Source: Octopus vulgaris
Lineage: Eukaryota
NCBI GenBank assembly: GCA_951406725.2
Contig: OX597830.1
Location: 57,412,001-57,476,000, forward strand
Direction of reading: 5' to 3'
Length of the DNA stretch: 64,000 nt
Shown here in pieces: positions 25,088-38,638 of this stretch. The first letter of the stretch is position 1. Each line of letters starts with the position of its first letter. Both the position numbers and the translations under genes were made by a program. The notes below the pieces were generated by a model. That model was not told where the DNA came from. It was given only the letters and a program-made list of their open reading frames with translations, and searched no databases.

Positions 25088-28000
25088 ATTGACCCAACGC
25101 TCTAACTTCTTAACGACATATAAGATTATGTAGCTCTGTAGACATCCTTAGTTTGGATGGTCACGGCTGATATGACTATGACCATGGAAATTCCTTAATG
25201 GGGGTGTCGTTTAGTCTGAGATCAGTATTGATATGGCACTAAAAACAAATAAATAGCAGTAATATATTTGGGTCGGTTTAATAAACTACGCATCGACAGA
25301 AATTGGGTTTGGGTCACCGGAAGAAATCAATACTAAGTTACACATGCGAACCACTAATGGAGACTTACTGTACCAGGAGAAGAAAAAACAAAAAATTCCC
25401 TCAAATCACAACCAACTGGCTTTATAATATATAGAATTAAAACGGGGTGGTCATGATTAAAATACCAATTAGGTCCGACCGGGATCTAAACAACACATGG
25501 AACCAACTGAAAGTCTCTTTATGCTCGTATTATCTGCTAGAACTAAAAGCCAAATTTCTATCAAAGTCACATCTTCTATAAGACAAAGGAAGTGCATATT
25601 GAGTATTGTAGTCTGAGATAAATAATTTCTCAGAAAACAGAACGAACAAGAACAGAAAGCATTTGATCATAAATAAGGTCTGCTCAATAAGAGTGGACCA
25701 GGTGCTAGAAAGTACAGAACGCTCCGTTGGTGTACTGACGACCATCTCTGGCAGGATAAACCCGCTTTCAATCCACGGATCTAGATACATGTCTCAACTT
25801 CGAAATGCAATCGTTTATCAAATTATTAGTGTAACGGTCAGTGCATGTTGCATTTTCTCTACAGTCTGACTTTCATACACAGTATGTGTATATGTTTCCC
25901 CATTAGTCCCATCGCGACAGTCGTGCTTTCTCCTAGGGAGAGTGGATTGCCCCACCAACGCATTCTTTTCTAAGAAGGTACAGTGTGAATTAAGGAAGAC
26001 TTGGCTGTTATTTCCAGCAAATCGAGTGACTTCATAAGTTGAATATTTTAGTTTCTGGAAATGGCCACAAGTGAAGTAGACATGGAGTGTAGTCGATTTG
26101 AGTCTGTACTTGCTGTGTGTCTAGACTGAGATGTAGGGTTAATGCTTTACAACGGTGAGTAATGTTGTTGGGTGTTAGGGATAAATCAATGTTAATAGTT
26201 GATGGGTCAGAGTTTATTGCAATAACAGTCTCGCATGTTCATGCTGATCTTTCATTTTGAGTACTTTTATTTCATTGTTTGTAGGTGATCGTTGTGATCT
26301 ACAGACAGAAGATGATGATGCGAAGTGCACTATTTTGTTCTTGGGAGTGTGTCCGGCCCAGTTAGGATTGGCATAATCGATGAAGGATAGAAATGTATCG
26401 TTTGTACACTCACTAACGAAAGAGCTTGATAGTCTAGAATTAGCAGCGAAATACTAGTCAAAATACACCTTGGCATCTTAAAAAGAGAAACCTTTGAAAT
26501 GTCTCAATCCTCAAACGAGACGAAACAAGTCACAAAGACAAGAGAAAGCATCTTCACAACAGTTCTTTTCTTTCTTTTTACTTTTAATAAAGCGATCCCC
26601 GACTGCGTGTCTAGACTAGGGTTACTTGATACGTTCTGAAACAAGGAGTGGGCCCCACTTCTATACTTACTTTACTCTTCTGGCACCCCCTACACAAAAT
26701 TAAAATGAGATCTTGCAGAGAAGGGCGATCGACCGTCGGCGGGATTTGAACTAACAATGTATACATGTTCTATCATTCATACCAACAAGCCTGGTAATTT
26801 GATCTTATTGCCGACATACTTCTCTCTAAAATAATTTTATATATAAAAAAAAAAAAGGTCTGATGCAGGAGGGGGAGCATGATGTTTAAATTATCATAAA
26901 GAAGATGAAAAACAACCAACTTATAAGAAATTTCGAAACAAAATTAAAAAACTCTGAATCCCAAAACAAATACAATAACAATTTTCATCAATATTTTTTT
27001 AAAGAAGTTTATGGTTAACCGCTGCAAAATTTGAACTCCAAAACTAAACTGAGGAAGAAGAAAAAAAAGGAAAATAAGAGAAAAAAGAAAAAGTCAGAGC
27101 AAATGTGAAGAGAAAGTTGCGAGAGTAATAAAATAGGCAAAAAGAAAATGAAAATAAAAGTGAATGAATGAATGAACGGCTGGACGGGTCTTACAAACAT
27201 TTTGACAAAAGAGTTGAACAGTTTCAACTGGGAAACTATTGAAACCCACGTGGGACGAACGATCAACAATCTTTCTTTTAATTTCATTTTTAAATAGACA
27301 TGTGGCCTCTAGATTTATACACACACGCGAAGATGGTGGAGATAGGAGGGTGAATCTAGACATCGGTGCCCTTTTGAAGAAAACGATTTAAAGATGCAAG
27401 AAAATTATATCATTTTCCTAATACATAAAACAGCTATTAAGGAGAAAGTAAAAACGAACATAATCCAAAATTCTGTATACGGACCTAAAACACTCAAATG
27501 GGGGTGGACGAATTTTAAATCAATAAAATTAGAATTGATAGAACGACAAACTGTTTTAAGTCCTTTTGGCCGAGATCGATAAAAGCAGTCTCAATCATCC
27601 CCAAATGCTGATTTAATTATCTTCTCACCTTTTATAATTTGAACTTTTAGTGCTTTTTAGATACAATTATTATTATTATTGTTATTCAGATCACGCCGAG
27701 CGCTGTTCGTCCTTTGAATAAAAAGAAGTACCCGTCTAGCAGTGGAGTCCAAACTAACGCATCCCCTCAAAATTACTGGTCTGCGCCTAAATTGGAAGCA
27801 ATTAATTATTAGGGTCGAGGCACGTTCTGAACTCATCGGCAACAACAAGACATGTCTGAGTCCCTTGAGAAAATCCAGAACGTTACATAAATAGACCTTC
27901 CCTTGCTATCGAGAAGTAGAGACAGCAGCAAAGAGCAGAATAATGGGGTTGATATACAATAAATACCAGTAATATACTGAGAAAATGTGTAAGCAGCTAT

Positions 28001-29830
28001 ACTCGCTATCAGAATTGACGTTGTGTCTACCCATAAGAAATCAGTGTCATTACTGTTTATTTATTTATAGAACTTTTAACGACAGATTTAGAACTTGAGC
28101 CAGCATATTCTATGGATATAATAGTAATTAACAAAAGTAGGAGTAAGCTAAGAATAAAAATGTATTCACATGCTTAGAAAATGAGTATATAGTAATTATT
28201 TCCCGGATGAAATAAGTGTGTACGCAATTTCATTTGCGCACGAATATACAAATATAGGTAGGAGGATTCAAATTTTCAACGCATTAATGTAAACTAGATA
28301 GACTATAGTTATTATTATTATTATGGTTGCAACTTTTGCCACAAGGACAGCAATTTGGGAAGAGGGGGTGAGTCGGTTACATCGACCCCCAGTGCTCAAT
28401 AATAAAATGAAAGTATGTAACAAAGTTTGAAAAGAAGCAGCTGACATAACGGAGATGATCTATTTTATGCAGACATATGATTAAATCAAGATTATGTATA
28501 CATACATACATACACACACATTTCTAAGCATGTCTGAAGCGTCATCAACATTGCATGGTGCAAGGATCGGCGCGAAACTGACGGTAATATTATGCCATAC
28601 GCCATAACCAGTAATATACTGCTTGCGTGTGTAATCGATGCAACAGGCTCTATGAGCTGTGTCGCGGATTTTGTGACTATGTCGTTGTTTGGTCCCAGGT
28701 CAGTCCCGATTCAGCAGGCTTGTAATAATTAATGTTCCAGCCATGACCATTCCATATTTTCAATATCCAGGTCATTAACCAATAACTGGAGGTGATGAAA
28801 GAATTTGACTGCTACTTCTGGCAAGTCGAACGACCGCCTGGTTCCCTCCCCGGTTCGTCAAATAAAGTTGCTATGTCATACACAATGTTTCCCGAAATCC
28901 AAGGGCGCCGAAAACATCAGTTTATTATAAAGACAAAATTCCACTTCAATATTCTGGATTGGACGCTAGTCCACCACAGACGTTTTTGGAGAACTTTAAG
29001 AAGCTAAAAACTATTTTCGTAGAAACCGAGGCAAGACGTTAAGTGTTGATCGGCGACGAACTCCGGCGTGTATATAAGCAACATGTGTGTGTAAATAGTA
29101 GTTTGTTTAGCATACTAGTAAAAACTGAACATTCACAAGTAAATAAAAAACAAATAAAGAGTGGAAAAAGAGAGGTGGGCTGATTATTCTGCGAACAGGA
29201 ACTGGCCATCAGCTTTTTTTTATGAATGATTTTAAGTTAAGGTGTTGAGAAAGCAAGCTACTATACTATGTATACTATATAAAAATCAGCAGTAGCTCGC
29301 TAAAACAGCGTGGTTTCACTGAATGAAAATAAAAATTAACTGTTGGAAAATAAGAAGGGCGCCAGGAGGTTATCAACATAATACAAAAAAACATACATCG
29401 CTCCAGTAAATACAGAGATACACACATTATTGTAACTCAATTCTTATTGAGTACTTGACCGTTATGTCTACTGCTAGAGAAAATTGATCGAGCAATACAT
29501 ACATCTATGCATATTATAGTGTGCATCGAGGTGTGTGCAAATTATACACACATCTGGGGTTTACAGGTAGACGAACGAATGAGATTTAAGAAGCAGATGC
29601 TTCAGAAATGGCTACGCATTTCTTTTAAAAGGTAAACGAAGAACAATATGACATTACACAAAACTCGCTTTCTAATAACGAAAGCCTGTGTGAGAGAGAT
29701 GGGACTCTGTGTGTAGGAGTAGGAGAAAAAGTATATAATGTTAGATCACTGGAATTTGTTGGCAAAGAGACAAGCCCTTGCCATATTCCACGTGGTGAAT
29801 GCCAGCCGTAAATATGTCTGTAAACGCATA

Positions 29831-29832
<2 letters not shown>

Positions 29833-29873
<41 letters not shown>
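29833..29873. repeat. (TA)n microsatellite
   Basis: Perfect TA run. Confidence 0.95.
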
Positions 29874-29877
<4 letters not shown>

Positions 29878-31994
29878 ACACATTTGTGTGTATATTTTAT
29901 ATATATGTTTTCCATATAAAAAACTTTTTCGAAGTTTGGGCAAATATCAAAGAAATCGAGAAAAGGATGTCTGAGCATTTTACCTAAAAAAAAAAAAAAA
30001 AGGCTGCACGTACGAAGACAAGAGAAAGAGATATCAATTACATAAGTTAAAAGCTGCACGCATGTAGGATGCAGGCGTGCATGCATGTGTAATAATGATT
30101 CTATGCACAGATTGCAGCTAACATTTTATGCATATTGTTCAGACGTGCTTAAATGAGCTTTGTGCATATTAAGTAACAATGACCATTTTTTTAAAGAAAG
30201 CAACAATCAAAAAAACAAATCTTAGCAAATATTTTTAAAAAGAAAACTTTAGTGCAATCGAATAAAACGAAAATAGATGAAATCTCCAAGAAATTAGACA
30301 AATGTACGTGAAATCAAGCTTAAATTTTTTTTTCGATATTTTTCAAAGAAAAGAAAAATATCAGCTCTGACAAACTCCTTGTGCATATATAGTTTGGTTG
30401 AACTAACCTGTATATTATGAGTGGTAAGTTATTTGCAAGTACCTGCAGATTCACCTGTAATTAACAGTCAGCCATGTTGAAAGCAAACAGGAAGTGTGAG
30501 ACTCGGTGAGAGAGAGATTAATAACACGAAATAAATGAAGTAATTAGCAAAGTTGATTAACGAAGGAAACTGGACTCTCTTTTAAAGCCTGCACTTGTCA
30601 ATGTTGCTCAACGGGTGGACCTGGCTTTTTTACAGCAGAATCATTTATTAAAGATCGCTTCGTCAAGTGTTTTTAAAATAGAAAAAAAAAAAAAACTAAG
30701 TTAATGATGAACGGATGCAGCCGAGTTGGAGCAGACAGTCTTTCTCGCAGAACGATAGGTGGATCGAAGTATTCCTACAGGATCGTGTCATTGCAAGATA
30801 AAATAATTTATATCACCTAACAACTTTTTTTCTTTCTTTATCATGAAAACGTCGAAAGAATCTGGAGGAAAAAAAGCAATGGCGATTTGGAGTGGAATCA
30901 TTCTGTGAGAACACCTGGATCGAACATTCGATTCAGGTGAAAATAGGTAAACGTGATTAAGAAAGATGATTAATTTACATGAAAACTTCTCATCTCAACT
31001 ACGTTACGAGTAATTAATGCTTTTGTTTTCTTTTTTAAGACAATATGGCCACTGTTGATTCAATAAGATCGAGAATTTCTTCTGACGAGACTCAAGACTT
31101 CATATTTATAGAAGAAAGCAAATGAGATTGTGCAAAGGTGCGAGCGGCGTGAGTGGAGTAAAACAACTGGGAATCGAAACCGGGTAAGAGTGTCGACTCG
31201 CCGGGGCAGTTTACCTCTGCTCTACGGCGCACACTGCAGGTGATGATGATGATGATGATGATGAAACAAAATTTATAGGTTTTTTTTGTTTTGTTTTGTG
31301 TTTTAATATACGTTCGTAGGATAGGTATGATAACATTCAACCTGCTACTAATTATTAAAGGTGACGGTAAAAAAAACCTACGTCGGTAGTGGAGCCGAGC
31401 TGAAATTTGAATGGTGAAGCCACCTATTATGGATGAAAAAGTGTAACAACAACAATAATAACAGCAGCATCACTTACCTACCTGCTTCATCTAGGAAGGA
31501 GAATCGAAATCGGTGTTGGATGAGAAAATATTCCTTAAGATTAAAACATCCAGGCCAAGCACTAATTTTTTTTTCTACAGGTAAATATTACCTTCCATCC
31601 CAAGTTAAATCTAAAGAAATTTAAAATCTTATTTAAATATCAACAATTAGATTAATTAGTGATTTTATTTATATATTTCATCATCGATGTATATGAAGGG
31701 AGTAAAACTTAAGAAAAAGCTATAATATACGGGTTTTTTTTTAATATTTGGATCGGAGAAAGAGATGTAGGGAGAAAAACCATCGTTTTGCTTTGTAATT
31801 TAAAATCAAATTCCCCTAAAAACCGAACTACTTTTACATGATGTTGAATATATATTTTGTGTTGTTATTGTAAGTAATTATTTAGGTTTATTTTCGTTTT
31901 CTAAACTAATTTTTACTGATCTAACAGAGCTACATGGAAAAGTTTACAGTCGGTCATAAATAAGAAAAATAAGGGACAGATCGATACATATACG

Positions 31995-32057
<63 letters not shown>

Positions 32058-32095
32058 CATCCACATACGCGCACACACACACATATATACAGTAC

Positions 32096-32233
32096 CTTCT
32101 CTCCGCAGCAAGAGATGATATCCTTTTTCTGAGACAGAGAAACATCAGCTGCAGCAATAGTTGTAGCAGCGAAGGCGGCGGCGACGGGGTTGATGGTGGT
32201 GGCGGCGGCGGTGATCGTTATTATCGTCGTCAT
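32096..32233 (-). CDS. Possible first coding exon of a minus-strand host gene (speculative)
   Basis: ATG at 32233, 46 codons (MTTIITITAAATT...KDIISCCGEK), then AAG|GTACTG. Lies in a CpG-retaining region but is low complexity and has no recognisable domain. Confidence 0.15.
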
Positions 32234-32619
32234 AATAGTGGTGGCGGCGGTGGTGGTGGTGGTGGTGGTGGTGATAGTAATTCCAACAGACAGTACCTGA
32301 ACTATTATTCCTGGTAGCGCGAGAGGAGGGTATAAAAAAATACCCTCTTGTAAATAACAACAAAAACAACAAATTATGCAATCAACAGGAAAACGGAGAA
32401 GTTGTTACATAATTTGGTAATTCTATTGATTCTTACATTAGATCCAATCCAAATAACATTTTATTTATTTTCTCTTACCTCCACACAACATTAATAAACT
32501 GAAGCCGTGAAGAACAGGTGCGTGGGGGGGAGGGGTGCGAAGAAAGAGATGAAGAAAATCAAGTTTTTAAAAATCGCATTTTATTATATAATTACAATAT
32601 TTGACACTGTTGTTGTTTG

Positions 32620-32790
32620 TAGTGTTGTTCAGGTCAGCGGTGATCTAGCGATCCTATGATCAAAAGTGTTCCAGCCATGACCGTCTTTGTTCAAACTTAT
32701 AATATATCCTAAATATCCATTTGCAGTAGGTCAGCAGTGATTTGAGGGAGATTTGCTTCTATTTCTAGCAAGTCGAACGGCGGTACAAGA
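32620..32790 (-). repeat. Old dispersed repeat (family 4; CTAGAAATAGCAGCCAAATCTCCCTCAAATCAC)
   Basis: Related copies near 6.1, 12.75, 24.68, 25.54, 28.7, 33.0, 37.7 and 45.75 kb share the core and GGTCATGGCTGGAA..TTTGATCATAGG. Confidence 0.65.
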
Positions 32791-33286
32791 ATCCCAGCTT
32801 TGCTCATACTGTTGGTGTTGCTGCTGCTGCTGATATCGCTGTCTCCTTTCGCGCATTTGGTTTCGTTTCTTAAATATCAGACAGTATTTTCGTGTTGCTA
32901 GGTTATTCCACAACCAGCTGTGAGGTCGTTGGTTTCAATCTCCTGATCATTAAACCATATTAAGTTCTTGGTCAAGATATTCAATCTAAACAAATCTGTC
33001 TACCAAACTCTATTGCTATCCTTTAGCCCTAGGTCAGCTCTGAGTAAGCAGATTTATGATCAAAAGCGTTTCCCTCAGGCATTTCATATTTTCAAAACAG
33101 TATAGTATAATTTGGAGAAAATTTAGTTGTTATTTCTAGCAGATTCAACAATGCCATAAGACCAATCCTGAGCAACCTACAGTCTTCGAAACTTTTTCAG
33201 TGGCCGAATGGCCTTAATGAGAAATTACTTTGCATTTTATGTGGCACCGGCAACTGTAAAGGACAAGCCTGTACGGGTGGATGACA

Positions 33287-34115
33287 GTGGTTTTACTTGA
33301 ATGATTCTAAAGTGCAGCTCACATGAAGATGGGCCATGTCTCATACAGCCCGTTTCACAAAAACAGGTTGTGGTTTTACTTGAATGATTCTAAAGTGCAG
33401 CTCACATGAAGATGGGCCATGTCTCATACAGCCCATTTCACAAAAACAGGTTGTGGTTTTACTTAAATGATTCTAAAGTGCAGCTCACATGAAGATGGGC
33501 CATGTCTCATACAGCCCGTTTCACAAAAACAGGTTGTGGTTTTACTTGAATGATTCTAAAGTGCAGCTCACATGAAGATGGGCCATGTCTCATACAGCCC
33601 GTTTCACAAAAACAGGTTGTGGTTTTACTTAAATGATTCTAAAGTGCAGCTCACATGAAGATGGGCCATGTCTCATACAGCCCGTTTCACAAAAACAGGT
33701 TGTGGTTTTACTTGAATGATTCTAAAGTGCAGCTCACATGAAGATGGGCCATGTCTCATACAGCCCGTTTCACAAAAACAGGTTGTGGTTTTACTTAAAT
33801 GATTCTAAAGTGCAGCTCACATGAAGATGGGTCATGTCTCATACAGCCCGTTTCACAAAAACAGGTTGTGGTTTTACTTAAATGATTCTAAAGTGCAGCT
33901 CACATGAAGATGGGCCATGTCTCATACAGCCCGTTTCACAAAAACAGGTTGTGGTTTTACTTAAATGATTCTAAAGTGCAGCTCACATGAAGATGGGCCA
34001 TGTCTCATACAGCCCGTTTCACAAAAACAGGTTGTGGTTTTACTTAAATGATTCTAAAGTGCAGCTCACATGAAGATGGGCCCGTCTCATACAGCCCGTT
34101 TCACAAAAACAGGTT
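33287..34115. repeat. 83-bp minisatellite x10
   Basis: Unit GTGGTTTTACTTRAATGATTCTAAAGTGCAGCTCACATGAAGATGGGCCATGTCTCATACAGCCCGTTTCACAAAAACAGGTT; copies are nearly identical. Confidence 0.97.
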
Positions 34116-34912
34116 GCCTATGCCTACCATGGATGCTCTTTGTTGATCTGCTCACTATTGTAGTTGTATAACCCTGGGTCAGCCCTGATCAAGCAGTCTC
34201 ATTATAGGTGTATAATGGTATCTGCCAAACCAGATACCACTATACAACTTTGTTCTTCAATTTAACAATTCTGCCAGTCTCCATCTTAGACCAATATCTT
34301 TTTTTTTTTATTAACCTCCGAGCACAGATAGAATGCCACGAGGTATTTCATCAGACATCCTAATGATTCTACCAACTTGCCTTCATATATATGTATGTAT
34401 GTGTGAAGGCTTGTGGTTTAGTGGTTAGCGTATTCGGCACATGATCAAAAGGGCAGTGAGTTCAATATCTGGTGATGCATTGTGTCCTTGAGCAAGACCC
34501 TTTATTTCATGTTGCTCCAGTTCACTCAGCAAGCAAAAACAAGTCGTACAAGTAATTCAAAAGGGACCAGCCTTGTCATGTTGGATATCCCTGAGAACTG
34601 CATTAAGGTTACATGTGTCTGTGGAGTGCTCAGCCACTTGCATGTCAATTTCACGAGCAGGCTGTTCCTTTGATTGAATCAACAGAAACCCTTATCATCA
34701 TAACCAAAGGATCTTCGGTTGTATGTATATGTGCAGGATTATATAATACCCATACGTGCATCTATACATTATTGCATGTTATGACTATTTAGCTAAGCTA
34801 GCACAAGAATCCACAATAACGGACCTTCTACATGCTTACCTGCTCTGTTAGAAATAGCAGCTGGTGGAGCATAAAAAAAAATCAACCTTTGCATGTTGGG
34901 CCTTACAGAAAC

Positions 34913-35936
34913 AAAGCGGCTGAGTACCTTTCGAGCGTTGGGCCTGACGGAGATAAAGTGGCTGAGTTCCTTTTGAGCATTTGGCCTCATGGAGGCAAAG
35001 TGGCTGAGTTCCTTTTGAGCATTTGGCCTCATGGAGGCAAAGTGGCTGAGTTCCTTTTGAGCATTGGGCCTCATGGAGGCAAAGTGGCTGAGTTCCTTTT
35101 GAGCATTTGGCCTCATGGAGGCAAAGTGGCTGAGTTCCTTTTGAGCATTGGGCCTCATGGAGGCAAAGTGGCTGAGTTCCTTTTGAGCATTTGGCCTCAT
35201 GGAGGCAAAGTGGCTGAGTTCCTTTCGAGCATTGGGCCTCATGGAAGCAAAGTGGCTGAGTTCCTTTTGAGCATTGGGCCTCATGGAGGCAAAGTGGCTG
35301 AGTTCCTTTTGAGCATTTGGCCTCATGGAGGCAAAGTGGCTGAGTTCCTTTTGAGCATTGGGCCTCATGGAGGCAAAGTGGCTGAGTTCCCTTTGAGTGT
35401 TGGGCTAGATAGCTGAGTTCATTTTGAGTGGGCCTCATAGAGGTGAGGTGGAGGTGGCTGAGTTCCTTTCGAGCATTGGGCCTCACGGCAGCATATTGGC
35501 TGCATTCTTGGGCCACATAGAGGCAAAGTGGCTGAGTTCCTTTTGAGTGTTGAGCCTCACAGAGGTAAGGCAACTGAGTTCCTTTCAAACGTGTCTCACA
35601 GAAGTGAGGTGGCTGAGTACCTTTTGAGTGTTGGGCCTCAAGGAGGCAATGACCAAAACCTTTGGCATTATGTCATGCTTGAGAAGAAGATCCATCAAGC
35701 TAAGCAAAACCACAGTCATGGTAGATACTGGTCTCATGCAAATTGGCATGCATGCCAGTGGCACGTAAAAGCACCTGTTACATTCTCAGAGTGGTTGGTG
35801 TTAGGAAGGGCAGCCAGCTATAGAAAACCATGCCAAATCAGACTGAATCCTGGCACAGCCTTCCAGTGTGCCAGCCCAGTCAAACTGTCCAACCCATGCT
35901 GGCATGGACAGCAGACGTTAAATGATGATGATGATG
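34913..35936 (+). mobile_element. RTE LINE 3'UTR with an expanded 42-bp module
   Basis: Ends with CCATGCTGGCATGG..GACGTTAAATGATGATG; its 5' part is the 42-bp array. Confidence 0.75.
34955..35374. repeat. 42-bp minisatellite x10, with degenerate flanking units
   Basis: Unit AAAGTGGCTGAGTTCCTTTTGAGCATTKGGCCTCATGGAGGC. It explains the 14-aa-repeat ORFs in three frames. Confidence 0.95.
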
Positions 35937-35940
35937 AACT

Positions 35941-36805
35941 GGTCTGATTAATAAGTGTCTGGACTGTTGCCATAGTAACGAAGCTAAAGCACAGAAGGTG
36001 AAGCTGCTTGGCACAGATTGACGTTGAACTCTGTTGTGCATGCATACATAAGTTTCAACATTCTAGCTCAGTTGCACTGTTTACAGTAGTGCTTGGAAGG
36101 AACATGTGTAGCATGTGATTGTTGCATTGACCCTGACAGAGAAAGTTGAGCAGAGAATCTGCATCATATTTTGCCAAAAGCTTGGTGATACCTGCTCAAG
36201 GACCTACGCAAAGTTTTCATCATTCTCAACACAATCAAAGAGATCTTGTGCAACTGAAACCCAAGAGTCTTTTTGATCAGCCGAAAGTAGTTTTGGCACA
36301 AACTTGGCGGACACGCCTCTCATACCCAAATCTTCAGTGATAATGGAATGAACTGAACCGTAACTTATCTGCACATCCTCTGATAACTCACAGATAGTGA
36401 TTCGACAATTTCCCTTCACTGCTGCATGCACACCTGTGATATTTTTCTCAGTTCAGGTCTCACAGAACATTCATCAATATCAACAGTCTTTCAACCATCT
36501 TGGAAACGTCTGAACCAATGGTGTGTAGCTCATACACTCTTCTCCATACACTTTCTGCAACTTTGTGTAGGCTTCTGAGCAGGTGTTGCCACGACAAATT
36601 TCTCTGTCATGGACAATACTAAGATCACACGCTACACCCCTTCCTTCCAAGCGCTGCTGTAAACAGCGGAAGTGAGTCTAGAACATTAAATCTTAGTACA
36701 CATGCACAGCAGAGTTCAAGGTGAATCTTTGCCAAGTGGTTTTGCTCTGCAAGTTTTAGCTTTGTCACTATGGCAACAGTCCAGATACTTATTGATCAGA
36801 CCTCA
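35941..36805. mobile_element. Rearranged mariner element with two transposase 5' ends
   Basis: TIR GGTCTGATTAATAAGTGTCTGGACTGTTGCCATAGT (35941-) matches 36755-36805, followed by TA. Plus strand TEKVEQRICIIFCQKLG; minus strand RITICELSEDVQISYGSVHSIITEDLGMRGVSAKFVPKLLS (mariner HTH/WVP linker). Confidence 0.85.
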
Positions 36806-37476
36806 TATGTATCATTTAATATTTGCAATTTACAAAAAAGGTACAAATAGTTTCATGCTAATTTATTGTACTTCTAGAGCATGAAACTCTTCGTAGCTCC
36901 TTTGTAAATTGTGAATGTTAAAGGATATTTATCTCTCACTGGATGGAGGTCTTACACAGCTGATCCTATATATATATATATATGAGTGTCTTTGGTCATC
37001 AGACTGCTTAGTAAGGGCTGGCGTAACTAGAAAATCTTTGATCATGAGTCTACCCAGAAAAAGCAGACATGTGACTCAACAACAACATTCTCATTAATAC
37101 AGTTTGCTAATTAATTCAAATGAAGCTAAACATATTTTGGGACTTTCGTTCATGCAATAGGGTTCACAATGAATATGATTATTTGTAATATTTGCAACAG
37201 AATTACAGTAGCAGAATGCTATGGGCTGCAGCCCATGCTGGGGCAGAGCCTTAAAGATAACTGTTAGACTAGTGCAGGGTAATTTTATATAAGTACACCC
37301 AGGTTAAAGGTCATACATAGTCTCACTGTGTCGTTCTGTTTCACTTGATTGCAATTTCATAATTTCCAATTACACTTTAACTGCTGTGTGAGACCCTTAA
37401 ACAACTTACCTTTACTCAGTTTACCTGAGAGGTGAAAAACAAGTTGTACTCCAACTTCAAAGTTGAAGGATTAATA

Positions 37477-37543
37477 CAGAATGGTTCCCAACCTGTGATC
37501 CATGGACCCCCTGGTGGTCCATGAACTAAATTCAAAATTTCAT

Positions 37544-37576
<33 letters not shown>

Positions 37577-37642
37577 CACATAAAGATAGGCAATAGGCAT
37601 ATTAAAAGGGATTGTTGGTAGTGGAAAGGTTGGGAACCACTG
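37477..37642. mobile_element. hAT MITE with 8-bp TSD
   Basis: TIR CAGAATGGTTCCCAACCT / AGGTTGGGAACCACTG; TSD GATTAATA / GATTAGTA. Confidence 0.85.
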
Positions 37643-38269
37643 GATTAGTAATAAAAACAACAATACAGGAGGGAGCTCAATATGGTAAATTGATTCATTA
37701 GAAATAGCAGCCAAAATTCTCATAAATCATATCCTGCCATCTTAAAAACAGGTAATGACACATGGAGTAATGTAGATTTTGAGACAATAATGCCTGAAGT
37801 AAAGGGTAAACAAACCAGGGTGTTTATGGCTCAAATGATTTCGATCATAGGTCTGTTCTAAATACTAACAAATATTTTTTTTTAAATGGCAACAGCTTTC
37901 ACAAAAATCCTATCCAGCAGCTACAAGAATGAGAAGAAGAAGAAAAAACAGATGTAAAAACAATTAAGAAATAATTGTAAAATTAAAAAAGTAATAGACA
38001 TAAAAACACTTAAAAGAACAGCATTCAGCCATTGTTGATTGTTTGCTGGATGAGAAGCTTCAGCATGCTTATTGCCAGATGGGTTCAAGACCTAGGCTTC
38101 CACACTGGCCAATTGTGTGTTTGAGGGTCAGGGGATTAGCTCCAGCCACAGACTGAGAGAATTTAAACTCAGAATGTAAAGAAATGGAATAAATTCCTGC
38201 GCCAGACATTTTTCAGTCTTTGACCCCTTAGATTGTGGCCATACTGGAGCATCACCTTGAAGAGTTTAT

Positions 38270-38453
38270 TTTTTGTCTTTTATGTGTTTCAGTCATTAGA
38301 CTGTGGCCATGCTGGGGCATCACCTTGAAGAATTTTTAGTTGAATGAATCAACCCCAGTACTATTTTTTTTTAAGCCTGATAATTATTTTATCAGTCTCT
38401 AGTGCTGAACTGCTAAGTTATGGGGATGTAAACACACCAACACCAGTTGTCAT

Positions 38454-38487
<34 letters not shown>

Positions 38488-38638
38488 GACAAATTTCTTT
38501 CAGTTTCCATCTAGCAAATCCACTCACAAGGTTTTGGTTAGCCTGATGCCATAGCAGAAGATACTTAGCCAAGGTGCCACACAGTGGGACTGAACCTGGA
38601 AACATGTGGTTGGGAAGCAAGCTTCTTACCTCACAGCT
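38270..38638 (-). mobile_element. tRNA-derived SINE (family 1)
   Basis: Reverse complement of the 16106 family, with internal (TA)n. Confidence 0.8.

Noticed and set aside
26265-26375. Strong splice acceptor TTTCATTGTTTGTAG followed by a 30-codon frame
   Set aside because: No recognisable protein and no matching upstream exon can be supported.
33320-33355. Hammerhead-like ATGAAGA-T-GGGC...GCCC in the 83-bp unit
   Set aside because: C3 is missing, GTTT replaces GAAA, and there is no stem I or III.
34793-35588. 191-246 aa repeat ORFs (including a Cys/His-rich one)
   Set aside because: They are by-products of a stop-free 42-bp tandem unit inside a LINE UTR, open in several frames and on both strands.
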